Part shown: positions 38,501 to 50,900 of the stretch, piece by piece
How the letters are laid out: every line of letters begins with the position of its first letter
Numbering within the stretch: the first letter of the stretch is position 1
Source of the DNA: Raillietiella orientalis
Taxonomy: Eukaryota
DNA: 64,000 nucleotides
Direction: 5' to 3'
NCBI GenBank assembly: GCA_036172245.1
Contig: JAYWIR010000053.1
Span: forward strand, 496,001-560,000
Position numbers and translations under genes: made by a program
The notes under the pieces: model-generated
Databases searched by the model: none
What the model saw: the letters and a program-made list of their open reading frames with translations, nothing else
Told to the model about the DNA's origin: nothing

Positions 38501-41500
38501 ATTAGTATAAAGATTAGCATGCAAATTTATTTTAGCATACACATATTATTTACAATATTACTAATGATGGTAATATTATTTCAACATATATATTAACACT
38601 TATCAAGATATATACTATTAACATAATTAATAAGTTTTTTATATTACTGATATATGTGATGAAGCTGTGATAAAGATAATAATAAATATAAGATTATGAT
38701 AATACATGAGATAATAATAATATATATAAGATTATGATAATATGTATAAGATTATAATAACATAATTGTGACCAAACTAATGGATAAAAATAAGGAAGCA
38801 AATTTAAAAAACAAAAATGCAGGTTCGGCATATGAAAACGTGGAATTCTTCCAGCCTACAAGACGACACTTGCACTTCCTGAGCTTCCAGACGGGGGGAA
38901 GCTGGTCGCTCCTGTCGTCGTTGTGACCTGTGGGACGACCTGCATGGCCTCACGCAACGAATCGCTGCTTGAGGCGCGCTCGTCCGCACACGGCCCGGCA
39001 CGATGCGATTGCAGACATCAAAACGGCGGTGGCGGAAACTCCAAAGTGGAAAATGGTGTCCGAGAATCACCGCGCTCTCTGGTCCCGGTTCAGCTCCGAG
39101 GCCAGATCTGTTATTGCAGGAGGGCAACAGGGCAAAATTTGCCCCGTCAAAAACGGGGAAGAAGTCCTCAGCATCGACAGGAATGAGAATGTATCCAAGG
39201 ATCAGGACGCTAGCCAACCAGCAATCCAACGCAGGAGTCCATGCAAAGGTGCTGGCCATCATTCTTTGGGTACTTGGGACCCTAGCAACAAAGCGACCAG
39301 TCCTCCGTGAACTGGGTGTCCCGCGGATGAGTGCGGATAAAATGAGGCACCTCGTGGTTGCCCCTTGCGACACTCTCTGCCTTCGCGACATTTACTGGAC
39401 ACATCAGCTTGGACGAGTGCCAGAGGAACCCCAACTCCTACGACAGTCCCACGAAGGGAAGCAGCCTTTAAACGGAGAGGAAGATGTCACCGGAATGCAG
39501 CCTACAGGACATCCTGATACATGAAACCTGCTGGGCATCCCTCCTAACACGACTTAAGTGACCAGGAAGGAAGTCATATACACACATATATCTATGTTTA
39601 TGTACATATATTTATATGATCTCCCTGTTTTATTTCCAAAGCGAACAACTATAGAGCTCTGCTTCATCTTCCACTCTCCGTTTTCATACTTTTTTGTTTT
39701 TTTTAATTTGCTTGTGTTTTCATTTTTTTCCACTTTTCTGATCACAATTATTTTTCACTATAAACATACGTATATATGTGTGTGCATGTATATTAATAGA
39801 TTATAGAAATACAGTTTCAGAAATATATAGAAAATATAGAATTTATGCTCATATATATATTTATAATCTAAGTGTACTGATATGTATATTAAGAATTTAT
39901 ATTCATTTTTTATGACCTTCAATGTCTACATCAGCTGTCTACAGCTTATGAATTTTATCAATGAATTTCATGTCTAAAATCTGAATCTCAATAAATATAT
40001 CTGTTCTAATCATATTAATGTGCATAAAATGTTAATAAATAGGAAGAACTACATGTGTTAAAATAAATTTGTGCAGATTAAGCCTGCATAATGTTTTTCA
40101 CGATCTTTCGGGATTTCGATGGCCGCCAGGTCCCCGAAGGCGCAACTCTGCCGCGCGTGCGCCAACGCGCAGCCAGGAGGAACTTCCGACTGGTTCCTTC
40201 CCTCCCACATGTCGCCTACGCGTTCATCCCGGGGAAAGTCGTGGGACTTTTCGTTCTCCCCTCCGAATCAAGAAGGCGCCCGAAAGTGGAGGCATCGAAA
40301 CTGCCCGTCCGTCGCCGCTTCGTTCAGACGAGAGCCTCTCTGTCCGGCGGAAAATGACCGACCCCTTCCCTCCCTATCAGCCGATAATGGATTCACCCCA
40401 CGACTGTGCTTCGCCCGGACACCCAAGTCTGCCCTTCGACACCAAGCTGACCACCCCCAAACCCCACTGTCGATCCGGTGCAGTGAACTCACCTGATCAT
40501 GTTGGCAAAGCAGTAGCGGCCCGCGTAAGGTGGAACTCCGGTAGAATTTGAGCGCACCTCCAGGCATTCCTCGAAGTTTCCCCAAGAAGCGAGGTTCGCA
40601 CGCAGCAATCCATCTTGTACTTTGCCCATAGAGTCGATCACTGAGGAGAGAGTCAGATGAGTGAAGCCCGAGGGATGCATCGCGTTCAGTAGAGATGGCA
40701 CGGAGCTCGCGGCACGCGGGTAGGTTTGCAGGCCAATGGTAGAGTCACTCGAGCTAGTGGGGAAGTCGAACCACTGCCGATGCTGTGAACACGGGAATTC
40801 TTCGTCTCCACCTCCTCTGGGAGGAACTTCGTGGTCCGAACGCGGCGGGATGCAAAGGGACCAGCAGCGAGGTCGCCAGCAGGTTCCAGAAGGTAAAGCT
40901 CTCCAGCCTTCCGTGGGGGCCTGCAGAACGCACTCCATTCACTTAGATCTTAGCCAAAGGCTGCAAGGGAGGGAGCTTGCAGCGTCCATCTTCAGCGACA
41001 ACGGTTCCTAGGATGCCAGTAATCATCTCCGGGTGCGAGATCTGAGGTCGGTGCCACAGTCCAGAGAGCCGTTCTCCTATTCGTTCGCACTCTTCCTAGC
41101 GAAGAGATGCGAGGAAGGTGAGTTTTTTTACACGGCTTCCAGCTTCCTCGCTACTGGCGGAGGTGCCGGAGAGCCGTGGATGCTGCAGAGGTGATGCGGG
41201 AGCTGTTCCGTGATGTGGCCAGGACGCTTTGTTTGGCGCGCGGTCACCGTAACAGCTCCAGCCTGCGTACTTTCCTCCGACGCAGGGTTCCCGCCACTGT
41301 CCTTAGTAGCTGCGCCGACGGCGCGAGCCGTAACATTCTTGAGTGGAGCGCTGGACTTACTCCCGTCTGACGGTTTAGGCAGACGGTGCTGATCCCTAGC
41401 GAGATCAGCGCGACGGCCTTTTCGAGGTGCTGATCTTTCCCCGGATGAGTGCGGCGGAATCTCGGTGGCACAGATGCTCCGCAGGAAGCCACCAAATGAA

Positions 41501-42574
41501 GAAGTCTGAAGTCATGTAAGGCAGAAGTCCCCAGGGACTTCTCTCCCCTGCCCCTGCTTAATCGGAGATGCCGCTGTCGGAGACCCGTGAGATGCGTCAG
41601 ATTTCGGTCGCAGCTTCCCATCTTCCTCCAAAGCAATGGAGCAAGAGTTCGGGAGCCAAAGTCGGCAGGCCGAGGTGCAGGCACGCATTGGTGCCGTCGA
41701 GATTTGACGGCGGAGAGCCGGAAGCTCTCCTTGACGCAATGATCACCCGCTACCGACTCTCAACCGACTCGTCGCGCGATCGTCCCATTGCCTAGGAACC
41801 TTCTCCTCTGGATCTCCGTGTGGGGACGGCGGCGCCCATTCTCCGGGAGGGAGGGACTGGGAATTCCGCTGTCACCAGGCTTCAGGCAGCCACCCCATCT
41901 TCCCACAGAAACCAGCGCGGGAACGGAATCGGCCGTCTTCTAGGAAGGTCCCCTCCTCCCTCGCGGGAAGCGCGGAATCCCCGCAGGCGTGCCTTCCTCG
42001 TCGAACGAACGGGGACGGCTCTCCAGAGGCGGCAGCAGAAGGGACTCCGTGGTGAGGTCGCGAAGCCGTTCCCGCAGAGCGCCCGCTCCTTCTCCTCCTC
42101 CAGCACAGCACGGGTTGTTTCTCCAAGCACCCGAGAAAGGCTCAGACGTTCACGCCAGCGTGCGTGATGGTAACCCTGGATGCGATGGGTGCACTTACTT
42201 TTCAATGCCCATAGGGATGAGTTTGCTGCCTGCACGATGACGTCGAGCGTTTGATTGTAGCACAGGGTGTTCTGCTTCTTGAGCACGAGTCCAGGGAACA
42301 GCAGCTTCGCGGCTAAGCACAGGTAGTAAGTTTGCTTCGTCGAGCATATAAACGCTATCATCCTCTCGACGGACTCGGGGGTGATGTCGCTCTCTAGAGT
42401 TTCCGGAAAACCGACGTGGTAGAGACCGTTGCCACGCAGTTCGCCGAGCAGCGACGACTTCAATGCGATCTCTCCTTGCAAAAGCTTGGTCCAGTCCGGC
42501 TGATCAGGGGAGAGAAATGCGGGATGGAAACGGATCCACAAAACAATAAGGAGAGAAACGGATTTCAGCGACAT
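14576..42574 (-). CDS. nrf-6: Nose resistant to fluoxetine 6-like protein (NRF domain plus acyltransferase-3 multi-TM domain), paralogue A, about 757 aa
   Basis: Exons 42574-42199, 40640-40493, 33991-33880, 33835-33720, 29150-28990, 28931-28823, 28782-28692, 25975-25782, 25734-25551, 21982-21889, 21815-21704, 18889-18769, 15198-15012, 14944-14802 and 14756-14636, plus a tentative last exon 14580-14576 (E-stop). All are GT-AG and in phase. Motifs: signal peptide, WALKMIDSMGK, GNFEECL, GRYC, GVCLPSSC, FSLYSN, CLYGIRFLTMSWVILGHT, SVDTFFFLSG, RYLRLTP, GSGPVW, YWWSNILYIQNY, WYLACDMQFF, HTRFGPY, LGRLTYSCY, FESPF. The symbol marks the family, not proven orthology. The extreme C-terminus is uncertain. 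Confidence 0.93.
15780..16035 (+). mobile_element. SINE family copy (3' part)
   Basis: GAGGAGGAAACCAGGAGC...GAGGAAGAGTTCCCC...GAGAGGAACGGAATTC..TCCGGAGC.TTCCTGGACTCA.GGTGG.CCCT.TGGGGTTACC matches 34990-35100 and the reverse complement of 26520-26700. Confidence 0.75.
16750..17250 (+). mobile_element. Decayed LINE RT C-terminal fragment
   Basis: AFAYPG..LW (~F.YLG..D..L.W) followed by WG-like segments. This probably explains the 306-aa pseudo-ORF. Confidence 0.25.
22241..23855 (+). mobile_element. AT-rich foldback/MITE-like element, copy 2
   Basis: AAAATCCCGAAAGATCAC ... GATCTTTCGGGATC ends. Core AAAAGAAATTTGGTATTTCCTTTTCCTGTCATT at ~23082-23113. Confidence 0.8.
26484..27075 (-). mobile_element. 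Near full-length tRNA-headed SINE (~600 bp)
   Basis: On the minus strand the head carries GGTTTCGAATCCC and a second AGTTCGAGTCCC. The body is clearly homologous to 34633-35100 (the ORF track even gives near-identical pseudo-peptides, EA.NRMSPLTGR.WKLTLRAPCRNQGALQGSP). It has the same 3' tail as the 11.4k, 13.5k and 15.8k copies. Confidence 0.85.
27450..27900 (+). mobile_element. Decayed LINE RT core fragment
   Basis: YAL*DTMW (~KAFDTVW), then VGVVEGPS (~GVPQGS) and LGVLLF (~LGPLLF), in order and in one frame. Confidence 0.45.
30149..30228 (-). other. 80-nt near-perfect hairpin in intron 4 of NRF-6-like gene A
   Basis: Arms 30149-30183 and 30194-30228 (35 bp, 3 mismatches) with a 10-nt loop. 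Confidence 0.9.
31112..31756 (+). mobile_element. AT-rich foldback/MITE-like element, copy 3
   Basis: CATCCCGAAGGATCGAAATCCAGAAAGATCACGAAAAAT ... TTTTTGTGATGCTTCGGGATTTC ends. Partial core at ~31425-31490. Confidence 0.8.
34633..35119 (+). mobile_element. tRNA-headed SINE copy (head partly deleted, 3'-truncated, followed by an A-run)
   Basis: GGGCTCGAGTCCC B-box-like motif. The body matches the reverse complement of 26620-27050. Confidence 0.85.
35200..35860 (+). mobile_element. Decayed CR1/L2-like LINE 3' fragment
   Basis: YLQSIRQEYS (~Y.S.IRP.LEY) and a ..LP....NFK/E.EL-like terminus. Highly degenerate. Confidence 0.25.
36171..36455. repeat. AT-rich inverted repeat (~70-bp arms, ~140-bp spacer), foldback/MITE-like
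   Basis: GAATCGAATAACAATGAATCTCAATAGTAAATCAA...TTGGATTCA (36171-36239) versus TGAATCCAA...TTGATTTGTTATTGAGATCCATTGTTATTCGATTC (36385-36455). Confidence 0.8.
36500..37260 (+). mobile_element. Decayed LINE RT N-terminal fragment (explains the 311-aa pseudo-ORF)
   Basis: SPG..., then HRSILVCVAC....E..SGRL.PLL....L...DGFR, which resembles RPISL.SC..K..E.....RL...LE....L...Q.GFR. Confidence 0.4.
37336..37407 (-). pseudogene. tRNA-like pseudogene or SINE head (Arg-ACG-like); a second, more degenerate copy lies at ~37482-37540
   Basis: A-box-like TGGCCCATTGG, a CTACG anticodon-like loop and a T-arm CGGG-TTCGAAT-CCCG are present. The acceptor and anticodon stems do not pair properly. Confidence 0.6.
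38302..40117. mobile_element. AT-rich foldback-like element, copy 4, with inverted ~500-bp arms around a GC-richer insert
   Basis: GAAATCCCGAAGGATCACGAAAAA ... TTTTTCACGATCTTTCGGGATTTC ends. The inner motifs at 38762-38845 and 39670-39751 are inverted copies of each other. Confidence 0.8.
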
Positions 42575-44942
42575 GTTGCCTCGAGAGAGAGTGAATAACT
42601 TTTCTTCAAGGACCGCAGTCCCGAGCTCCTCTCGGGACGAAACTTTGGTCTCGAAACGTTATCTCCAGAAAACTATTTTATCGCCACACTTAAGAATGAT
42701 AAAGACCGAAGGGGAAAACGCGCAAAAAATAGAGGCTCCTCTGAGAACAAGATAAATGGGAAAATTCTCAGTTACCTTCATGCCCTTTCGTATTATCAGA
42801 GGACGTTACGAAACTGAATTCCAAATCTCACCTCCGGCAGCTGTGCCCAATAAACCCCAAGTGCCTCCTCTTCCTCGGATCGTTTCTGGACTGACATACC
42901 GATGGCGAACGCCTTGCCTGGCATCCCTGATGCTTCTCCACGGTCCGACTGGCGTGCTAACCCTAACGAAACTGCCAACAGAGCGTTGCCGTGGCAACCT
43001 CAGCGGCGGTTCACTCCAACAGGTGTATCGCCTCGGATCCTGGGGAGCGGCGGGCGGCGGAAAAGACTCGGAAATAGAAGATCACGAAGAAATAGAAGGA
43101 ATAAGATTATCAGGAATTGAGGTGTCCTCGCCATGGATCGAACCGGAAGCTGCCCGCAGAAGGCGATGCTCAGTGAGGAGCCATCGCCGATCGAAGCTCA
43201 CGTTCCAACGTTGCAGTTTTCCGCCTGCAGTCAAAAGGGGAAGTTTTGGAGGTTTCTAATCTTCCTCGGAGAGGATTCCTGCTTCGTTCCCTTTCCTGGG
43301 AATGCTTTCCCGGGAATTCTAAGCGTTGCTTAGAATGCCCAGGAAGAAAGATTCCAGGAAGCAAAACGTGAAATCGTACTCTCTTGCCCAGGGAGCCTCA
43401 GAGGGCCATATGCGGCACCCCGAGACAACGGACACCCGGTTCTGGAATGTTGCGTAGCCGTTTGGATTTTGGAAGGGATCTTAACTAATGGAAAAAAAAT
43501 GATGGAAGAAGAACAATTCCGAGAGACTTTCGTGAAAGTCATCATTTCGTGAAAAGGATCCTGAGATTCCCAACTCTGTCTTCAAGCACCATTGAGCTGA
43601 GTTCCCAGCCTGGTAACTGTCTGTGATTCCTCTTAGAGTGCGCATATTGCTTAACACCGAACAGTGCCACCGAACCAAAAAAAAAACCATAAATGCACTC
43701 GAAGGAGCCCAAAGATATTACTTCAAAGGTAAACATTTGCTTGCAAATGCATTTTTAGAACATAAACGCAGATCTATTTGCACAGATGGTTTCATTTATG
43801 CTTACGGTAACCATTTGTTCCTCTGATTTCAATTTTTACTGGGTGACTAAAGAATATCTTGATAACGAATATCTTTGACGTATGCTTCGACGTTTACGGA
43901 TCGACCGCAAGTAAACGCCATGCCTGCTGGCCCTACATAGGCTTGAAGGGATCCGAAGCCTTCCTTGGGTAACGCTTCTGGATTTTGCATGGCAGGCTGC
44001 TGGCGCCAGGAAATGTGCTTTGCAACGTTCTGTTATTCATTGGCCAGGAAGGGTTCGCGCCACGTGCGGACATACGGAAGCACCCCATCCCAAAGGATGC
44101 GTTGCAACTCCACATCCGCATTCTACATCTTCGCAATTCCACAGCCTTCGAAATTTGCCAAATTTCAGCTATTCGGGAGGGAAAAACGCTTGGTACCACT
44201 GCGGAGAACCTTCTGGAAGAGGAGCAGCTCTAAAAATAACCGTACCGAGCCACTGTGGTTGGTTCACGAGCGATGACGTCAGGGACGGAAGGCGGGCGCG
44301 CCTCGCTGCATTGTTGGCGCTCACGGGACGCGCGCTGAACAGTCGGACGTGGAAGGCGGACGCCTGCTGTGCCCTTCGGCGTGAGAGCGCCAGCAGGAAC
44401 ACCGCAGCATATCCCGTTGGAAGGGCTTGATCCCCGCGGGAGGCCTTTCCATGTGCTCCGGGTGATGGAGTCTCCTGAGCACGTGGAAAGTCTCCGTCAT
44501 CCTCCTACGGAAAGTTTCGGTTATTCTCCTTGGGGACGCGGGGCCGTTCTGCTTCTTTGCGCCACCCATCGTTCGCTTACGCTTCCATAGCATCCACCGG
44601 TGAAGTCATGAGGCCTCAGGGCGGCTTGCTGGTGCTTCCTCCCGTTTATCTTGAAACGTTTATCTCATTGCAGGAGGAGGAGCAAGAGGGGGAAAAAACA
44701 CGTGACACGCGGAACATTACTCATGCGAGGAGAAGACTCGTCTGGATTTTCGAATTCCTGTCTTCTTGGCTCCTCCTCCCCCCCCATTCCTTTAATATCT
44801 CTTTTGCATTTCCTAAAGGATAGTCTGCCTTCCGACTCTTGATGGCGTCATCAGTCTCAGAGCCGGGTTTCGAACCGCACCGTGTAAGATAAAAAGGCCG
44901 GGTTTCCAAGTCGACCCCCGTCGCTTGCATTCGCTCACACCA
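42575..44942. promoter_or_regulatory. Divergent intergenic region shared by the two NRF-6-like genes
   Basis: 2.37 kb separates the two ATGs. It contains a TGACGTCA (CRE-like) palindrome at 44274-44281 and an Inr-like TCAGTC at 44851-44856, about 90 bp upstream of the gene B ATG. Both motifs are short and may be chance. Confidence 0.45.
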
Positions 44943-47900
44943 ATGCTGCCGTCCAGCCAATTCCGGTTGCCGGCATCACCCTTGAAGTCACTGCTGAAGC
45001 TTGTCGTCTCCTTGCTGGTTGTGGATGTGGCTCGTGCCGCGCGCGATGACCCCGGCACTTTGCCTGCTTGGGAGCTGCACCTCTTGGCCCGGCTGCAAGA
45101 AAGCCAGGAGCTCTCTCCGAAAAAGAGCGACCCCCTCCACGCCACTCCTGCCGAAATAGAGGGTCTGATCAAGCAGCTGTGTGACTTCAACGCGAACCTG
45201 TGCCTGGCGCTCAAGCTGCTGGTTCCCGGAATCGCTCTGAAAGGGAAAAGTGCTCGTTGCTACAACGACACCATCGAGTACCTCGTGGAACTGAAGGAAG
45301 GAAAACTCTGGGCCCTTAAAAGTAAGTCGGTGTTCTGTGCTTTCGAAGGAGGGTTCCTCTTGCATCCCTCACGTGTTGCCAAGCTCAAGGGAGCTTAGAC
45401 GAAGCTTCCCCTGTCCAAGAAGAACGGTTTCTCTGGTGAGAAGGACGAGAACGACCCTCGTTTTCCGCCGCCGCGGCAGTATACCTCTCCACGCTGCTGC
45501 CTCACTTCGTCTTTCCAGTGGTCATTCGTTTCAAAACGTTGCGCGCACAGGATTTCTTGACCTTGATTGACCCCTAATAGATTGCTCCTCAGCAGCAAAG
45601 TCGTTTGTTGCGGCTGCAGTCGGTTTGTGCGTGTGGTCAGTGAAGTTACCGGTTCACTCCGCGGCATCAGCAAGCTGCCTGGAATCTTCGTGCCAAATTG
45701 AGATGAGCGCCTCGTAGGCGCTCATCTCAATTCCCTTGGCTGGAAACGGTTGTCGGGGGAACCTTCCAAGGTCTCCAGCTTCCAAGCTGAGGCCCATCGA
45801 GGAACGGTAATCTTCCATCCCAAGTATCCGAGACGCGATTGCAAATTCAGGCGCAGGAAAGAATGCTTTAAGAAATGGAAAGAGAAGGGCCTAGCATTGC
45901 CCAATGAGGATTTGCTCCCTCATGGGGGAAACAACGCTCACCCTTGAAGATATCAATCGACCTGAATTTCACTTCCTTCCTATTCGCTCGAAGGAAAACC
46001 AAAACTAGCCATCGGCACTCGCGAGCCACCGCTATGGATGATTCCGGTGGTGGCGACAGTGGTGTCCATGCGACGGGGAACCACAGGGGGTTTCTTCCAT
46101 CCCGGTAGCTGCGCAACGGGCGTCCTCAGAGAACGCCCGTTGCGCATCCCTCTCCGCATCCACCTCGATCACCTTCCGGAAATGCCTGACTGACCCGCGG
46201 ACCACCAAGCGCATCAGCGGCACACGCTGTCTCCCTGAAAGAGGGAGATTTCGGATGAATCTTTCAGCTAATCTTAGCTCATTGCGATGGGCGAGGCGCA
46301 GATGCTGCAGGAGCTCTGGCAGTGGACGGCGAGTTGCGACTTACATGCGTGCTGGAGGGGCCCAGCGAAATGACCAAAAGACCATCATGAAAAAGAAATG
46401 CAGCTTCGTAAACGCATTCATGTGTATGTTTATTAACTTGCGACTATTGTTTTCGTACGTACATATTATTGATATAATAAATAATAATGTGTATGTTATA
46501 ATATATATAGTAAACATTATTGAAAATAAACATTTGTTTATTATATATGCATTTATGTAAAGTTAATGTATATTAAATGAATGTGTAAATATCAAATTAT
46601 GAACATATATAATTTTTTATGATCTTTTTATGATCTCTTATTGTAAGGTATTATTATTAATTATATCTATAATCTATATGTTACAGAATTTAATAAATAT
46701 TAACAAATATGTATGTTATAAATATGTATATTAATCTATATGTAAATATGTACATCAATCTCTTTATAAACATGTATATTTATCTGTATATAAGTATGCA
46801 TGTTAATGCATACATAAGCACGTACTTCAATCTATACATAAACACGTGCATCAATTTTTATGCAAACCTGTACATCAATCTATATATAAACACGGACGTG
46901 TACCAATCTACATGTAAATATGTAGATCAATCTATATATAAATATGCACCTAATCTATATGTAAATCTCAGTCTGTATGCAAATGTGTGTGTATGTGTTT
47001 ACACAAGCACGCACATCAGTCTGTGTAGAAACACGTGCATTGATACACACATACAGATGTGTGTATGAGACGAATCTGTCCTTTTTGCCGCCACCCAAAC
47101 AGACGTTGGGATGGCCGCCAGGACTCTTCCCGCCTCATCTGTCATTTGTTCCTTCTCCAGTGTTGGACTCCACGGGAAAACTGGAGGATGGACTTCTGGC
47201 AGGGAACCTCGCCTCTTGGGGCAACTACGAGCAGTGTCTGTCGATTGAGACGAGCCTGCACCGGGACTCCATTCAAGGGAGATACTGCTTCACCAAGTTC
47301 AAAATCCAAAAGTGAGTCGCCAAGAACCTCCTTCCGCGAGTGCTGTCGGTAACTCGAAACCCCCCCATCCCTCGCATTTTTCCGGGGATGCTTCGCACGG
47401 TCTCCGGGATTTGAGGAGCTCTCGCTGTTAACCCTTTGGGTGCGGAGCTCATCGGATGTGAACGCTGTGTGTCGATGGCACGCGAGTCGCAGTTGGACGG
47501 AATGCTTTTTCGCGTACGGCGTGCTCTATCCACATACCGATTGACTTTATAAAGTGTTCGTTAAAGTAACTATCAGCATTGTTTATTTACACTGCATTAC
47601 ATAAAACATTTTCATTTTTCCCAAACATATATTATTTATTTAAAAATTAGAATTGTAGTTCCAATGAAATCAATACTCATGGGGGTGTGGTACGGTATAA
47701 TAATTTATATGCGACACATCAATACTATTATTCTCGGCTTTCTTCCGGGTTCAGTAGCCTTGGTGGGAAGGGTTCGGGGAAGACAGATGAACAGATGAAA
47801 CCAACGAAACTCCTTAACTGATGCTGAGTGAAGTGCCTCTTGCCCCCGGAGGGAGACGGACAGCAGTTAGCTGATGTAAACAGAATTTGGTTTACTGCCG

Positions 47901-50900
47901 TTGCTAAGGGAATTATGAATGTGAGTGTACGTGCCCATCTCAAACACTGATAGTGTTAACTTGTTTCGCGTGTATAAGGTAAAAGCATTTGCCAAACGGA
48001 TATATGAGCCCACGCCGATAACTTTCGCCGGACTCGTATACGCATCCATAGCACTCAAAGGGTTAATTTCCCAATGTTCCGTTAATGTCTCTTTCGAGTT
48101 TGCCCCAACCATCCTAGCTGAAAGTTGACTTGATGCCGCCCGATTGCTCATGTTCACGGACCTACGTGAAGTCTTGAGCAAAACCGACTCATACAGAACT
48201 ATGAGTGCCTGGGGCTCGAACTCAAGTTCCGGTTCAGAACGCGACCTTGAAGCCTTTGTCTTTATTTTTTTGTACGGGTTTTACCACGTTCATTTGTGCA
48301 CTCTTTTGACAAGGCCACTTACTGATTAAGGAACTTGCTGCCGGAGACGGACCGAGCATCCCTCGTTCCCTCCCGGGTGGTGTCGTCATTCCAGCACGTG
48401 ACCACGCGTTGTACCTTTTTTTTCCTTCTGGATCCGAGTAGTTGTCTACTTGGATGACGGAAAAAGATGGTGTCTCTCATCTCACCGGACCAGATGATTA
48501 TGGTACTTCGTGCTGGAAGATCCCTCTGTCCATTGCTCATTCAGTTCCAACGTTTCCATGGAACTGAATGAAAGAAAATAGAATCTGCAAAGTCACTGTT
48601 GATGTCTTGTAATGATTTTTTGGTACTGCAAATGACGTCAGAGTGACACTGGCGGAAGCAGATAAACCCAAAAGAAATCTCTTTTGCAAGGTCAAGTTCG
48701 CTGAATCTACTGGTACGAGACGCCAGGCTACAGAAGATAATCTCCTTTCTGCCGTTCTTTCGCGGGATATGCCATCCTTCCACTTGCAGCGTCCTTGACA
48801 TTAAGGTAAGACGAACGAAAGGATGACGTGTCCGGGATCGTCAGTTCGTGTGCACCGGCTGTCCCTCCGATGTTCTCGAACGAAAGGGGCCTTCCCGAGG
48901 GAAGGCGTCTGGGAGTGTGGCACGTTTTCTTGAGTGGGTCTCTGGCTGCTCGACACGTCAACCGCTAAACTCGTCCTCGACGGGGGCATCCGGCTTCCAC
49001 CAGTGCCACCAGTCCTCGCCCCGGCGTAACCGGGTGCCAACCAGTGCCACCAGTCCTCATGCAGATATGGTCGATTCGAACGAGCCGAGTGGATCGTTTT
49101 CGTTTCTCCCATGGCACGAGGCACCAGGAGAAGGATGGCACGTGTCCTCCCCCGCTGGGCGTCCTCAAAGCGACACGAAATTCGTTTCGCTTTTCCTGGC
49201 GTTTCCTGGAAAGCTGGACTCGGGTAGTCCCACAGACACGGGGGACCACTCAGCACAGAGGTTCTCAAAATGCCCTCAGATATGGGTGGCCTGGTTTTCG
49301 CCTCGTCTTAGTCCGCCCCCTTCCAAACGAATTTAGCTATTTATCCTGCTACGAGGCATCTCCCATCGGTGAAGAGCGCGTTCCGCATACCCAGCGAGAT
49401 CGGCGGAAGGCACCCTCGCGTCTTCCGCCTTCCGAAGGAACAAAGAGGACAGTCCTGTTCGCGCGACAATGGTCGACGAGTGCGTGACCCCTCTGCAACC
49501 TTCGCTATGAGCCACTCCTGCCGCGCGAGAAGTTCGTAACTGATAACGCCGGATAAGCCGCATTTATCGATGACGTCTCCATTCGGTTCAGTCTCCATCG
49601 GTGGGGGCAGAGGCTGACGAATCAGAGGGGAGGATCACACAAAGGTCACGTGCCCTGCAAATGCGAACTACACGAATTGCTGCCTGCTGGGCTTTCCCTC
49701 CACGAGCCGTCCTGAAGTTCACCGAAGACCACCTTCCCGAGAAGAATTTCGTGTCCTTTCGAAACTATCCCTTTCGATTTCACCATCTTCGGACGCTTCG
49801 CAAATATCGATGATACCGGGAAGAACGCATATTATGGAGAACCTAGGAGAAGGAAGCATGGTAAAAACATACCAGGAAGAAACCGTTTTGCGTACGAGGT
49901 TTCAAGAGAGGGTGACAACACTCGCATTGCCTGGGAAACCTACAATGTTCTCCGCATGCTTGGTAGCAAAATATCTTGTTTCCTGATGGCAGTGTGACGC
50001 CCCCCCTTTTCTAATTCCCTTCGGAGATAGCTGGTGCGCCTCCCTTTCTCCGAATGAACAGCGGTTTCTGAATACTCTCCTCAAAGACCGTTATTTTTGT
50101 AGTAAAGATTCAGAAATGTGGGCGAAGAATCGACATTCCGGGATCAGCAGCTTCGGTGGGAAGGGTTTGGGGAAGACAGATGAACAGATGAAACCAACGA
50201 AACTCCTTAACTGATGCTAACTGAAGTGCCACTTGCCCCCCGGAGGGAGGTGGCAATTTCCTTCTTCCCTCCCGTGCGTAATCCTTCTTGAAGGCCTTCA
50301 AAGCCACGGAGAGCTCAGAGCCCTGGAAAGTCCTCTGTAGCAACTGTCCCAAGAAGGCGCTTCTCCGGGAGCAAAGCGCTGCTCGGGAAGGACAGAGAAG
50401 GACGATGCTTGCCTCTTGAATCCCGAGAGTCGTTTCAGCTCTCGTCAGGGACAGTGGACAACCAGTGGAAGAGGAGGTGAGCTTTCCCGTGCAGAGCAGA
50501 CGATAAGTTTCCGTTAATTTCAGTCCCGGGCGAGCAAACACCTGGGCTGGAGTGCCCGGTAACCATGGCTTTTCCATAATCACGGTTCAAATATGGAACT
50601 GAAAACATTTCTTAGAAGCTCAGGAATATCCAAAGTAACAAGCAAAGAAGCAAAAAGAAGAAAAGGAAAATTGGAAAGATGTTTCGATGCTTTAAGAGGA
50701 ATTTTACTCACCTATTTGGAGGCATAGTGACAGCTGCATGGCATCCCGCACGCTTCTTCGAAAGTTACATCAACACTCGAAAGGTTTGATGGTATCTAGA
50801 AAAGCACGTTCACGTGTTCCTCTTTGAAAGTTCCACGAGCGTTCGAAAAGTTTGCTGGCATATGAGAATGCGAGGTTCCAGTAACTCCTTTATATGGGAT

